A DNA stretch of 64,000 bases from Octopus bimaculoides (taxonomy: Eukaryota), in contig NC_068998.1 in assembly GCF_001194135.2 (NCBI RefSeq), positions 7,387,155-7,451,154 on the forward strand. The letters run 5' to 3'. Position 1 is the stretch's first letter, and each line of letters begins with the position of its first letter. The translations under genes and the position numbers were made by a program. Of this stretch, positions 39,925 through 53,989 are shown in pieces. Under the pieces are notes generated by a model. That model was not told the origin of the DNA and did no database searches. It was given only the letters and a program-made list of their open reading frames with translations.

Positions 39925-40530
39925 ACTATTAATACAAAGCGTAGCCTTTCCAGGACCTGTGACCATTACTTCACATCACATCACATTTTGAAGGTTATGC
40001 ATTTGCAACCCTCAAGCAGGAAATATCTAATGAATGAATGAGACATTGAAGCCTTTAAAATCCCAACATGCAGCCATAAATGTCGATTATGTCACTCTTC
40101 TCTGGAGGACACAGCAACTTGTGATCAGCAGATGCTTAAAAATGTCATCAAGGTATTACCTTGACTTGTTGTTGTTGCTAATGCCATATAGAACGCTATC
40201 TGCAGAAAAGATTGCTCTGAGATAAATATAGATGACACTACCGCTGTTGAATACACACATGCATATCAATGCATGGGATATCGGTGGAACATTCCCATCA
40301 AACGTCTACCAAGAGCAAGCATAGATATAATGTAGTCATCTGGGACAAAAGGAAAAAAAAAATATGTATAATCATTGAGATTAGCTGCCCTGAAGATGTG
40401 ATGACCTCTTTCCACAATCAATGAGAAATGAATATTTATAGAGAAATACTTTGCAACCTTCAGCTCATTTTACCCTGACTACAAATTCATGTAATATCAA
40501 TAATTATTGGCACACGTAGTTATATTAGTA
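39925..40530 (+). mobile_element. Decayed RLE-type non-LTR retrotransposon, C-terminal zinc knuckle and endonuclease region
   Basis: Frameshifted translation gives SHFEGYAFA, KYLMN, KCRLCHSSLEDT, VISRCLKMSSRYYL, WNIPIK, IWDKRKK, IIEISCPED and YPDYKF, in the order of a CCHC knuckle plus PD..D/E restriction-like endonuclease. Confidence 0.75.
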
Positions 40531-40571
40531 AATATTATTCGACATATAGGTAACATAGTATTCGACATATA

Positions 40572-40956
40572 GGCGCAGGAGTGGCTGCGTGGTAAGTAGC
40601 TTGCTTACCAACCACATGATTCCGGGTTCAGTCCCACTGCGTGGCACCTTGGGCAAGTGTCTTCTACTATAGCCTCGGGCTGACCAAAGCCTTGTGAGTG
40701 GATTTGGTAGACGGAAACCTAAAGAAGCCCATCGTATATATGTATATATATATGTTTGTGTGTCTGTGTTTGTCCCCCCCCCCCAACATCGCTTGACAAC
40801 CGATGCTAGTGTGTTTACATCTCCATAACTTAGCGGTTTGGCAAAAAGAGACTGATAAAATAAGTATTAGGCTTACAAGAATGAGTCCTGGGGTCGATTT
40901 TCTTGACTAAAGGCTCCAGCATGGCCACAGTCAATTGACTGAAACAAGTAAAAGAG
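40572..40956 (+). mobile_element. SINE family A, full length, young-looking
   Basis: Complete copy close to the family consensus seen across this window. Confidence 0.94.
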
Positions 40957-42140
40957 TATATCTAGAAAAGCTAGGATTTTAAGGCCCAAAAGTGAGAAGC
41001 TAGCACTCACATTATAAACGCAATCAGTAAGCAGAATAGTAAAAATATGAAAGATATTACAGATATTCAGCATGAAACACATTGTTCAAGAATGGAGCTT
41101 TATTTCTTTGTTGAAACTCAGCCGCTTCATTCTCAGAAGAATTCTAATTAACAATAAAGAAACACAGATACAAAGATGCATACATGCATGCATATACATA
41201 TGCACTCATACAATGGGCTTCTGAACAGTTTCAACTACCCAATTTCACTCAATATATTAATGAAGTTGAGGCTACAGTGGAAAATGACTGCTCGAGTTAA
41301 ACTGTTGCCAAAAGTGAGATCCAACCAGGAACCATGTGATTGCGAAGCTGTCTTCTTATCCATGCAGTCATGTTTTTGCCTGTACAATGATGGCTATAAT
41401 GATGGCTGAGTTAGTTATAACAGAATGCAATGCAGAAATAAATTTCATGATTGAACAAGTTATTTGTTATAACTACGAAACCATCCACTGCAATGATATC
41501 TATTTGCATGAGTGAATTGTTGGGGTTATTTTTGTTTTATTTTTTTTTTTACCAAACTTTTAATATTCATACACAAGACAAGAAGAACATTCAAAAGACA
41601 TTAATGTAATTCCTAAAGATAGCAAGAATCTAATCAGAAAAAAACAAATAAAAATAGAACAAGTTTAACTAAACTAATTGGTGAATTAGTGTTATCAATT
41701 TACTCTAACTTTGCAAGCAATGAAAGGGAAATTTATGCAATAATGAATCCAACTTTGATTCTCACCACCACCACCACCACCATGCCTACATACACCACAA
41801 ATCAGAGAAAGACAATTATTTGTCAACACTGTAGTAATTTCGAGAAATGCCCATTCAATTTCTTTCCTGTTAATTAAATGAGATTCTTCAAAAAAACTTT
41901 TTTAAGATATAATTCATCAGTAGTTTTAGAAGACAAATGTGTATTTTAGATTTCCACACAGTCAAGAGAAGAAAAAATATTTAGCGTATTCAAATTTTGA
42001 TAATCCGCAGTATTAGAGCATTTAAGAACTGAGGTGGGATTATACAGTGGCAGTGAATTAGTATACCAGTTATACAAATTGCATAACTAATCTATGGCAT
42101 ATTATAGTGATTTTTGATTTTTGTTCTTTTAATGGCATAG

Positions 42141-42216
42141 TCAGAAGGAAGAACTTGTTGTCTTCAGACAAGAGACCAGGCTTGAATATTTGCAATAGAG
42201 CAGATTCCATTAAAAG
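42141..42216 (+). CDS. Candidate internal exon (RRKNLLSSDKRPGLNICNRADSIK)
   Basis: ttgttcttttaatggcatAG acceptor (alternative AG at 42143-44) and AAG|GTATGT donor; one open frame. Confidence 0.45.
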
Positions 42217-42319
42217 GTATGTCTGCTGGTGCTAATACAGAAGATAAATTAACTCTAGCACCCAAAAAGAAGAATGTTCCTCAGACAGGCTTCCATATAG
42301 ATAGTTTCATCCTCCTCAT

Positions 42320-42720
42320 CAACCTCATTTAATGTTTGTTGTCCATGCTGGCATGGGTTGGACTGTCTGACCAGGGCTGGCATGCTGGAAGGCTGCACCA
42401 GACTCTAGTTTGATTTGGCATGGTTCCTACAGCTGGATGCTCTTCCTAACACCAATCACTCCATGAGAGTAATGAGTGCTTTTATATGCCACCAGCACAG
42501 ACGCCATTTGTGTAACACTGGTATCTGCCATGAATGCGATTTTACTTGGCTTGATGGGTATTCTTAACTCAGCCACTTTGCCTCTGTAAGACCCAATGCT
42601 CAAAAGGTACTTTTTACATGCCAGCGCTACACAACACCAGCATCAGCCACAACTACAACTATACTTGGCTTGATGGGTATTCTTAAGCACAGTATATCGA
42701 CAAAGGTCTTTGTAGTGTTC
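42320..42720 (-). mobile_element. SINE-like family C with long 5' extension
   Basis: catttaatgtttgttgtccatgctggcatgggttggactg...ggatgctcttcctaacacc...gacaaaggtctt. Confidence 0.8.
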
Positions 42721-44049
42721 TGAGTTGGGAAAGATTATAAAGTGCAATTCATAAGATATTGTAAGTTGGTATGCCATGGGAAGAAGAAGAATCCAGTAGT
42801 TTTTTACATTATGTCTGAGAGAAAAGACAAAATCTTTGTAAATTCCAAAGTTTAAAAACACTTTTAATCTGAAATCCTAATAAAATATTGCATTCCTTTT
42901 CTCCCACGAAAATTGATCAAAACTTATGAAATTTCTTAATAACACTGACATTGAATATCAACACCACGCTTACTGTATTGGGTTTATGGATCTCTCAGGG
43001 AAGAGTTCCAGCTGTTGTTTCCATGTTCAATACACAAATTAACACAGAAATTTTAAGTGAGAACAAATTAAAATCTTTCTCAGATTATTATTTATGCATT
43101 TGGGAATGAAATTATTTCTAGCAGAAGAGATAGAAAAGGGTAAGAAATGAAAGAATGAGAGTAAAAGGGAGAGAGGAGGGGGGCAGGAGGGGGGGGGATA
43201 AGTGAAAATAAAGTAAAGGATGAGAATATGATTAAAAGTATAAAAGTGATGTGGAGAACATTGTTAGGAAAGGTAAATGGAAGAAGGCTCAGAAGATGTA
43301 AGAGAGAGAGGGGAAGAAAGGGTATGTAAGAAAGCAAGAGATATAGAGAGAAAGCAAAAATAAGGAGAAGGAAGGATGGAGGGAAGAAGAAAGCCGAGAG
43401 AGGAGAAATGATAAAGGATAAATGAGAATCTTGAGAATTTCCAAGCATTCTTGTTAAAGATTAACATTCATTCATTTCCTTTTCTTCCAGCAATTTAATC
43501 AGAATAGGCAACATCCACAACCATATATATATTTTCAGGGTTGCTGAGAATGGTGTGGCAGACGTTTCTCCAAGTTCATTATTCCACATCTGGTCCAAAT
43601 GTGAAATAATGTGCTTAATGAAATTTCAGAGTTCTTCCCTTGTCCCCCCTTGAAGGGATTTTCATTAATGCTAATTACTTTACTTCTCAATATAAGGGTG
43701 ATTACAACTGATTAAATACAGTTAGCAATCCAACAGATTAAGTATGTTGGTCTGCACTTGACTATTTGTTCCTTATGTAGGAGGTACCCCTGGGAAATTT
43801 CTCAGTGTCATTATATAGATAGTTAGAATTAGATAGATGGATAGAGATTTGGATTTACAAATGAGAAAAGGAAGTACACAGTATATGAAAGAGAATGTAT
43901 TTATTAGAAGCAAGCACTTTACTTCAGCATTACTCTAAGTTTCCAGTTTCACCTGTTATATATATATATATATATATACATACATACATACACACAAATA
44001 CATACACACATATATATATAGACATACATGCATACATATACAAATATAT

Positions 44050-44080
<31 letters not shown>

Positions 44081-45587
44081 CATCTTATACACATACACAA
44101 CACACACACACTCATACACACTCGTACACATATACATACACGCATATGCATGAGTGTATGTGTGTGCGTGTGCGTGTGTGTGCATGTGTGCGTGTGTGTG
44201 TGTGAGAGAGAGAAAGATATGTATGTACATTTATACACATGAATGTGCATGTGTTTGCATGTATATGAAAGAGAGAGCCTTTGTTTCCAATAAAATTATC
44301 ACATATAACTCATAAAAGAATTTGAAATAAAAGAGATAAAGACATGCACACACACATACATACATACATGCATATATACACACACACACATATNNNNNNN
44401 NNNNNNNNNNNNNNNNNNNNNNNNNNNNNNNNNNNNNNNNNNNNNNNNNNNNNNNNNNNNNNNNNNNNNNNNNNNNNNNNNNNNNNNNNNNNNNNNNNNN
44501 NNNNNNNNNNNNNNNNNNNNNNNNNNNNNNNNNNNNNNNNNNNNNNNNNNNNNNNNNNNNNNNNNNNNNNNNNNNNNNNNNNNNNNNNNNNNNNNNNNNN
44601 NNNNNNNNNNNNNNNNNNNNNNNNNNNNNNNNNNNNNNNNNNNNNNNNNNNNNNNNNNNNNNNNNNNNNNNNNNNNNNNNNNNNNNNNNNNNNNNNNNNN
44701 NNNNNNNNNNNNNNNNNNNNNNNNNNNNNNNNNNNNNNNNNNNNNNNNNNNNNNNNNNNNNNNNNNNNNNNNNNNNNNNNNNNNNNNNNNNNNNNNNNNN
44801 NNNNNNNNNNNNNNNNNNNNNNNNNNNNNNNNNNNNNNNNNNNNNNNNNNNNNNNNNNNNNNNNNNNNNNNNNNNNNNNNNNNNNNNNNNNNNNNNNNNN
44901 NNNNNNNNNNNNNNNNNNNNNNNNNNNNNNNNNNNNNNNNNNNNNNNNNNNNNNNNNNNNNNNNNNNNNNNNNNNNNNNNNNNNNNNNNNNNNNNNNNNN
45001 NNNNNNNNNNNNNNNNNNNNNNNNNNNNNNNNNNNNNNNNNNNNNNNNNATAAGAGTAGAAATGCAAAGATTATCGAAAATGATTTTACATTTAAAGTGT
45101 AGAATGTTGTAACTTTACCCATCACTGCATTCATTCTTATACAACGTTTTCAAAGGTAAATAAAATATCTTTTATGTTTGACATTAGTGTTGAACAAAGT
45201 TTTCTATGTGCAGTTGGAAATGTAGATTGTTCTAGCAATGAAAAACACACTTCAATAGAATGTATAAAATCTTTGAAGTGAAATTCCCTACTTGAATACA
45301 TATCAAGAGAGAATCATGCCCTACCTGTACACTTTGTGTGTATTTACATGCATGCATGTGTGTAAATATATGCATATACATGTGTATATGATTATATGCA
45401 TGTGTATGTGTATGTCTGTGCAGGAAAGTATAAAGAATTATCTCTTGCAGTAGATAGCACCTTTGTATTTAGGGACGGTATATAAGAGGCTATTAGATTT
45501 ATGAGAAAGATGGTTACAGAGAGAAATATACTGGAGTGCGTGCTGCAATTTCTCCTCATATGGTCCCTTCTTGTCTTTAATTCTAAG

Positions 45588-45631
45588 CTACTTCAAAGAA
45601 CAGTTTCCACTGAAGGAAGTTAATAATATTG
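45588..45631 (+). CDS. Candidate internal exon (YFKEQFPLKEVNNI)
   Basis: cttcttgtctttaattctaAG acceptor and G|GTAGAT donor; only phase 2 is open, compatible with the 42216 donor. Confidence 0.3.
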
Positions 45632-47032
45632 GTAGATTCTGAAATGCATGCATATACACCAAGTGAAATTATGTTGGAGTCATCCTTATCCTTGTGCAGT
45701 GATAGATATTGAATGACTATCAGCATTTTGATATTGATTTTAAGTGAATTATATATGTGCATATGTATATATATATACATATATATATATGAATAACTGA
45801 CTATGTGAATGAATTCATATTTATAAATGCCAAAATGGAGATGAATGCATGCACGTATGTGAATATCTGTTTATGAAGGTGTGTGTAGAGTCAAGTGTTT
45901 AGTTTAGCTAAATGCTACAAAACCACAAATTCCTGTCTTCAGATATCTATAATTTTCCTAGTGTTAACCACACTTTGCATGCCATTGTCAGACATCTATT
46001 GTAGGTTGACAAATGCAATCTGCAAATGCAGTTGAAAGGACCTACACAGAAATGTTATAGAAAGTTACTTTCAAATAATAAAAGTGGTTCTCAGTTCCAC
46101 TATTGATGATTAAAATAAAATACAGTAAGAAACAAAAGTGGAAGAAGAACTACCATTTGATTCACGGTTTCAACAGGTAAATCTCCCAACAAACCCAAAT
46201 ACCAGTAATACAAGAAAGAGCCAATGAGGAAGCGTCCATGAAGTTTTCAAATTGCAAGAAATTTCAGATAAATTACATGCTATCTTAAATAAAGAAGAAT
46301 AGATTTGATAATACAGTTCTGGGTGCTTAAAAAATTGAGGACTGGAACACTGGGGGAACCTGTATCTTGTATCACCTGTATCTTGTGTCAAATTCTTAAT
46401 ATCATTGATAAACTGATGTATTTAGGGGACAATGTTGGTATCCTGCACTCCATAAGAAACATTAAATGAGAGTCTGCAAAGGACATTTACATAATTTCAT
46501 CCTTCAACCTAAACAATCTTTAAAACAATTTGTTTTCATATATATTTAACTCAACGCAACAGAATGTGACAAAATTTGCCCTCATATCACACCCTACCAT
46601 CTTAAAAATGAAACAAAACATTGAACAATGTCATCCAAGATATACTATGCTTAAAAAGCAAAATAACAAAATTGTTATGATTAGAATGCATTTGATAATA
46701 TATATTAACTATTGAGCTAATTTTTCCCTTCCCATTCATAAGTATTTCTAATACGATTCATGATGTTCTGCATTGTTTACCCATCACCACCATTCCATTA
46801 CTTAACCATTGTCTTTCATGCAGATGGCATCCCTGAGTAATGTGCCCACCATATATATTCCTACACTGCTCTACTCACCAAAGATTCATGCTGGACTATT
46901 ATTGTTCCCATTTGCATTCATATTTCACTTCATCACTTTTGATCAAAGATGAGACTTCAGATGTTAAGAGAAATGACTCCACTTTCCGATATGACTATTC
47001 AAAATGCAATATGCTTCATTGAGCAAGGCCCC

Positions 47033-47138
<106 letters not shown>

Positions 47139-47546
47139 CACATACATAGATATATATACATACATACATATATATATGTTTATATATGCGTGTACATATA
47201 TATATATATATACATATGTATAATCATGACATATACAAGCTTCATTGGGGAGATGAATAATAAGAAATATTTATGAAATATTTGAGTGTACATGTAGATG
47301 TACAGATACATATGTGTGCATGCCTCTTTCTCTATATACTTACCATATACGAAGTCTAACATAAATCTTTTCTAATAATTTGGCTGAAAAATTGCCCGTT
47401 GAATTCTTCCTGAAATATGTGAATTTTGTTGTTATATTTCCTTTTCCGCATTTCTTTTTTTTCTTTTTTGTAGTTTATTTCTTTAGTAGCAATTGCTTCA
47501 TTCATTCCCGTAGAGTTTCCAACTTTGTCTTCGAATGAATAATTCA

Positions 47547-47581
<35 letters not shown>

Positions 47582-47967
47582 AGAAAAGGACATATTTCTT
47601 TACTCCCATGGACCAAGACTAGATCTTCAGACTCAAATGCATCGCCATAATTTTATATAACACTATAAGCTATATGTGTATGTAACACTATAAACGCAAT
47701 GATATATCTACATATACATACATATAACATGTACACATACACTCATATATGAATATCATATTCAGACATGTTCAATGTTTGCTTAATTTAATTATGATGT
47801 GTGAACGGTAAGTCAGTTACAGTAGAATTAATATATCTTATTTCTTTTATTATATTTTTTTTACTTCAATTATTGTCAACGCTTTTTTTTTCCTTTTCTT
47901 TGATTCACTCTCTTATCTTAGTCCTCTATTTGATATTCAAATTCACAATTATTTCTATGCAACATTA

Positions 47968-48020
<53 letters not shown>

Positions 48021-48922
48021 GGTTTTGGTATTTTTCTATTCTGTATGTGTATATAAGACGGTAGAATAATAATAAAAATAAAAGAAAATGTTTTTTAGAG
48101 AGTTGCAAAAACACATAAAAAAAACAAAAATAATAAAAAAAAACAAAACAAACAAGCAGATATTAATAAATGAAGGTTATATAGAATGGCATGCATGCAT
48201 GCATAAATATAGTTCTAAGTTTGGTCTGTGTAAGCAAATGTTGAATTATATTAAGTATGATATAATTGATGATTGTTATCGACCAGCAAACCTTAATGCA
48301 ATGTAGATTCACAATAATACAGAAGAGAGAGAGAGAGAAGGAGAGGGAGAGAGAGAGGGAGAGAAAATCAACAACAAAAATAAAATTAATGTCAAGACTG
48401 GAATAAAAGACAGGACAATGTTTTAAACTCATGCTACACCCTTCAATCTACTTCCTTTTAGACTTTTCGTCTCTTCACTTAACAGCAGACACGGTTTTGT
48501 ATAATATTACTACAGCTACAACTATTGCTATTGATACATCTTCATTTAATGGTCTTCTAATATGTTCGTCTTGAACAAATAAATGTTCCCTTCACCTTAC
48601 CATTCATGAGTAATGTTAACCACATCAAAGTAGAACTCGGGAACTTGTTCTTGCCATTCCAAAATAACTAATTACTTAGATAGAGATGATGTATTTATAT
48701 TTGACTGCATATGTGAGAGTTGATTTATTAATGCTCTACAATTATTCAGAGAATATATATTTGTAGTGTTCTGTAGCTGCTACCACCATTGCAGATTTTC
48801 TAATGCAAATGTTAGGTGTCTGAGTTTGTGAATTATGAGAAGAGAAATCTGACAAGTTGATGGTAGCAGGGTTAATGTTACTGTGTGAACAGGTATACGT
48901 GTGGTTGTGTATGTGTGTGATT

Positions 48923-48963
<41 letters not shown>

Positions 48964-49339
48964 CGTACATGCGCTTGTGTGCGTGTGTTAATGTGTATCC
49001 TTCGTAGAAAGCTGAGCTAGCAGTAATGGCGTTATTAGACACAGTGAATGTTAAAGCAGAATGGTATGCTGTTAATCTTGCCATTCTCATTGTTTGCCAT
49101 TGGTATCGTCTGCCAGTTAATAGTCAAAAATGTCCAAGAGAACATCTACAAGAAGCAGTGGATCTTTTGGCTTGGGAAACGAATTGAGGTAAATGTCAGA
49201 GTTTCTTGTTTGCAGACAGGGCACCTTCTTATGTCTAGTTCACCTAGTTTGACACGTTGGAGAGAGAAGTAGCGGCAAGAAGGTGCACAGTAGTTGGTAT
49301 TAAGCAGCAAAATCCGCATTCTTTTATTCCATCTCTAGC

Positions 49340-49573
49340 AAGTGGCTGTGTGGGAAGTAGCTTGCTTACCAACCACATGGTTCCGGGTTCAGTCCCACTG
49401 TATCATCATCATTTTTAGTCAGTTTGCCATGCTAGCATAGGATGGACTGTGTAACAGGAGCTGGCAAACCGGAGGGCTGCACAAGACTCCACTTTTGTCT
49501 ATTTTGCTATGTTTTCTATGGCTGGATGCTCTTCCTGACACCAACCACTTTACAGAATATACTAGATGCTTTT

Positions 49574-49575
<2 letters not shown>
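49340..49575. mobile_element. Family A head (+) interrupted by a family C element (-)
   Basis: gtggctgtgtgggaagtagcttgcttaccaaccacatggttccgggttcagtcccactg abuts atcatcatcattttt..ccatgctagcataggatgg. Confidence 0.8.
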
Positions 49576-49618
<43 letters not shown>

Positions 49619-50329
49619 TAGATAGATAGATATGTGGTGGGGAGAGTGCACACTTACAAACACACGTGCACAAACACACACAATAATATATACAAATATA
49701 TACATATACATCAGTGTACACACACATATAGAAAGTAAGCCAGATCTCTTTTAAACAACAAGAAAATAGCCCATGGGAAAAGTAAAGTAGGACATACAAA
49801 ATATCTAAGGTGAGGTTAAAAGATAGATTTCTTTTTTAATTATCATAGCAATAATTCATCTCAGAAATTTAGATACAGAACACAATAATGAATCTACATA
49901 TCTTAACGAGAAATATAATTGTGCTTAATTTGTAGCTAAGATATATGACTAATTGAAAGAAAGAAATTACACCAGTTCCACTATCATTTCTGAATTGTAA
50001 TTTATTTTAATTATATATGAAATAGCTTATTAACCATTCGGAATTTTAAATGTTTAGTAATTGATAAAAATTATATAAATGTGAACTAAAATGACAGACT
50101 GCTTATGGACAGAAAATGATAATTGAATTAATGCTGCAACTACTTGTTCTAGTGGAATTACCGTCACCACTACTGCAATTACTGTGAAGTACTATTATCT
50201 GGTAGTACAGCGTTGTAATACTCTCTGTACTGGAACATCGTCGGTTACAATGATAAATGTTCCAGTTGATCCGGTCAGTGGAACAACAAGCTTGAGAAAT
50301 TAATGCACAAGTGACTGAGCACACCACAA

Positions 50330-50485
50330 ACATTTGTGTTCTTAATGTTGCTCCAGTCCACTCAGCTGGCAAAAATGAGTAACGCTGCGATGGACTGGTG
50401 ACCCGTCCAGCTGGGGAACACATACCCCACAGAAACCAGGAAACCAGGCCCATGAGCCTGGCTAGGCTTTAAAAGGGCGCATTTA
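50330..50485 (+). mobile_element. Family E-type SINE 3' segment
   Basis: gttgctccagtccactcagctggcaaaaatgagtaacgctgcgatggactgg...ggctaggctttaaaagggcgcatttattt. Confidence 0.7.
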
Positions 50486-51412
50486 TTTATTCTTATTTTA
50501 TTTAAGGAGAGAAGCACCGTTTGCTCTTGTTGCTTGCTTATATGTTGCACCCTCATATATTGAAACCGTAAGTTGCAGTCCACTCTTGATCTGGTGGTGG
50601 AATGCTATGATATGGTCCAACATGCAATACACATATAGTTACTCTGGCTGAGAGAAGGCTACTAACTCGAGCACAGCGACTCATTCCACCAAGGAAGGAA
50701 AACTGACATTCTTGCAATGTTTCCTAACCAAGCACATGGTCTGAGTGAGTGCTATAAGGCAAAAAATAGTAGCTAGTCAGTTCTGCCTCAGTGGTGTTAG
50801 GAAGTGCAATGCATCATTATTTCCTAGGAAATAAAATGTAGTCAGTTTCTTCATAAATTATATGGGACCCTGATGCTGTACCTTGTCACACTTGACCAAA
50901 TGGAGCATCCAGGACATAAAAGCTGGAGAGAGAGAGAAAGCCATACCACCTTGTACACATTTTCAGTTGAACAGACTGTGAAATGAAGTGCATTGCTCAA
51001 AAACACAAGTTAGCATCCCATCCAGGACTTGAACCCATGACCTTATGACTGTGAGCTCAACACCCCCTAACCACTTGGCCATGTGCCTTCTTTATACAAA
51101 ATCTCAAATTAGCAAAGTAAAAGGTGTCCTGCTTCAAGATTATTTTAATCTAGTCACTGCTTATCCGAGAAGCGTATGCGTGTCTGTGTACATATGTACA
51201 CATTTCAGTAAACATATATCGACAAATAATTTCTTTTCTTTAACTCTTCTACGAGCCTTTATCATGTTGATAAAAATGTTTACATAGATTTTCATTGAAA
51301 AGAGACAAATGTAAAGGAATAACCTCCAGGCAATGGAACAACATGAATGATGCCTGACTATTTGTCTTATACCATTTTAACTAAGAATAAGTTTGTTGAT
51401 TCTATTTCTCAG

Positions 51413-51475
51413 ATTTTTCTCACTGTTAAAATATGTATGGCAACAGAGGAATCCTGTAAAAGAAACTCTCACCAA
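51413..51475 (+). CDS. Candidate exon (FFSLLKYVWQQRNPVKETLT in phase 2)
   Basis: gattctatttctcAG acceptor and AA|GTAAAT donor; 63 nt; two frames are open. Confidence 0.25.
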
Positions 51476-51763
51476 GTAAATATGATGAAAAGAAAAATAA
51501 GAAAGCATTGCCATTATTTGACAAATATTGAAACGCATTTATTTATTCAGTTCAAGATTCTTCATTTTGCTTGTTTCTCTTCGGGCAAAACTATATCCAA
51601 AACAAATATTGTTTTTTGTTTTTTATATATGTTAGTTTGATTTTTTTTTTCTTTTTTATCCTTTCTGCAGCTTTCACATAAGATAGTATTTTAATGCAGG
51701 AAATACGGAATTCCTAAAAGACTATAGCATGAATTTTAATTTTATTTTTAATATCCTGTTTAG

Positions 51764-51785
51764 CAAAATTACTGGTGGATCAATG
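51764..51785 (+). CDS. Candidate 22-nt micro-exon
   Basis: tttttaatatcctgtttAG acceptor and TG|GTAAGA donor; all frames open, so phase is unresolved. Confidence 0.25.
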
Positions 51786-51837
51786 GTAAGATCATTCCGA
51801 TTGAATTCATATAAGTTTACTATTGTTATCTGATGAA

Positions 51838-51871
<34 letters not shown>

Positions 51872-52169
51872 TGCTGATGGTGCTCCTACATATTTTTTTC
51901 TCTTATGTAATTTTGATTTTCTAATATATTCTGTTAATAGTTATAGTTGATTGCAGATTCTGCCAATGTAAGGCATTTTACATGCNNNNNNNNNNNNNNN
52001 NNNNNNNNNNNNNNNNNNNNNNNNNNNNNNNNNNNNNNNNNNNNNNNNNNNNNNNNNNNNNNNNNNNNNNNNNNNNNNNNNNNNNNNNNNNNNNNNNNNN
52101 NNNNNNNNNNNNNNNNNNNNNNNNNNNNNNNNNNNNNNNNNNNNNNNNNNNNNNNNNNNNNNNNNNNNN

Positions 52170-52202
<33 letters not shown>

Positions 52203-53468
52203 GTGTATATATATATATATACACATATAAATATATATATACACAAACACACATATATAAATATATAGATGGATAGAAAGATTGATAGATACACAGCCAC
52301 ACACACACACACACATGAACACATGCATGCACACACATACACACAACTGCATATACATGTACACACATACATATGTATATATATGTGTGTGTGTGTGTGT
52401 GTATACATATATCTATGTGTGCATACACACACACACACACACACACTCACACACACAACGTAGTAATCTATTAGTATATACCTGACGCCAAAGAAGAAAA
52501 ATTTCATCTTTTGATAAAAATCAGAAACTGAAAACTTATTTTTCAATGATTAAATCAAATTCTGACAGCCAATATTCTCATGTTAACATAGATTACAGGA
52601 TAGAAAATGAAAAGCATTTAGTTTAAAAACATAAATTTCACACTCACATAACACGCATATATACACTCACACAAATATATAGATGCTTACACACTTATTT
52701 TAGATATATTTTTATGGAAAGACGAGTGGCTTAATGCATTGCAATGTTTGATTTCATCTCATGACTTTGAGTTCAAATGTAACATGAACTTAACTATAGT
52801 CTTGATCAATCTGAATTATCTTGCTCACAGCAGTGTGAAAGCATATAGGTAAGTGGTCAGAGTGTTGGGCTCGATGTCACAAAGTCGCAGGTTCGATTCT
52901 TGGATAGGACCAGCATATTGGTCAATGAGAAAAGCATTTTATTTTATGTGTTAGTTCAGTCTACTTGGCTAAAATGAATACCAGAGAAGTATTGGTGCTG
53001 TGCTCGCTCCTTTCAGCTGACACATCCTTGAGTCCCTGTTGGATGAGAGGTGGGAGAAATGAGAGGGTGACTGTGGGTGCTCAGAATTACACAACAGAAG
53101 CAATTAACAAAAGCAATGGTACATGCTACTAAATTATACTCACTTGTGAGGGATGCTATGGTTCTGGTCAGTAGCCTTACTGGGCTGACAGTCTCAGGCC
53201 ACTCCACTGCAACCGTTCTCCAGATAAACTTTGATTTAGTTCAGCTATGATGAAAAATATTCCAGCTATAACAAAAGTCATCATTTTCCTTTTAAATATT
53301 GTGTATCTTGGACTTCGATTACTAAAATAGCTTCCTCTTCTTTTGAGATGGTAAAGTGCGATTACACGCATAGTTGTCAGAAAGGTGAACCATAAAGTTC
53401 AGGTAATAGAAAGAACGTTTTATCATTCAAATACTTTCGTTCTATAAGACTTTCTTTATTGTTTCCCT

Positions 53469-53861
53469 CAGGGCTGGATTAAGATCCATAGAGGCCTGAA
53501 GCACTTAAAAGATTTTGGTGCCTTCATATGTATGCAACGCAAAATATAAACAATAAGAAACTAGAATACAAATTTTTATTTTCCAAAATGAAACAGAATT
53601 TTACAGTAAGATGGAAAATAACGTTTATTTTTGTATACTTCCAATTTATTTATATTTGAAAAGTTTTCTCTTACTTTTTTTAATTGCAAAGTCTTTCATC
53701 GAAATTAATCTTATGCTTCCATACTTCCTGAATATTATTTTAGCAAATTTAAAGTGATCATTTTTTTATGTGCTGTAAACCATTTACCATTTCTGTGGTG
53801 CCCCACTTCACTTGATGCCCTAAGTATGTGCTTATTTTACTTTAAGATTAAACCAGTGCTG
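53469..53861. mobile_element. MITE with degenerate CAGGGCTGGATTAA-type TIRs
   Basis: Left cagggctggattaa versus reverse-complemented right cagcactggtttaa (11/14 match). Confidence 0.55.
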
Positions 53862-53989
53862 CTCAACATCTTTTAAACATTGTGACCATTCTGGCCACAC
53901 TTATAACAGCGTGGCTTCCTGCCCTCCACCATTATAAAAAGAAAATGTCAGTGAGCCTAGAGCAGAAAAGATCAACTTTTTGTTTTATT

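Noticed and set aside
40537-40573. tattcgacatatagg repeated before the SINE as a TSD
   Set aside because: Both copies lie on the same side of the element, so it is a local tandem duplication.
43491-43700. Open frame after a strong acceptor (NLIRIGNIHNHIYIFRVAENGVADV...)
   Set aside because: No credible donor, and the antisense frame is equally open, so strand and status cannot be decided.
46824-47030. Exon candidates on both strands
   Set aside because: Every frame between the best splice signals contains stops.
50110-50330. Thr/Ser/Cys-rich open frames on both strands
   Set aside because: Looks like a decayed (ACT/AGT)n-type repeat, and no convincing donor/acceptor pair was found.
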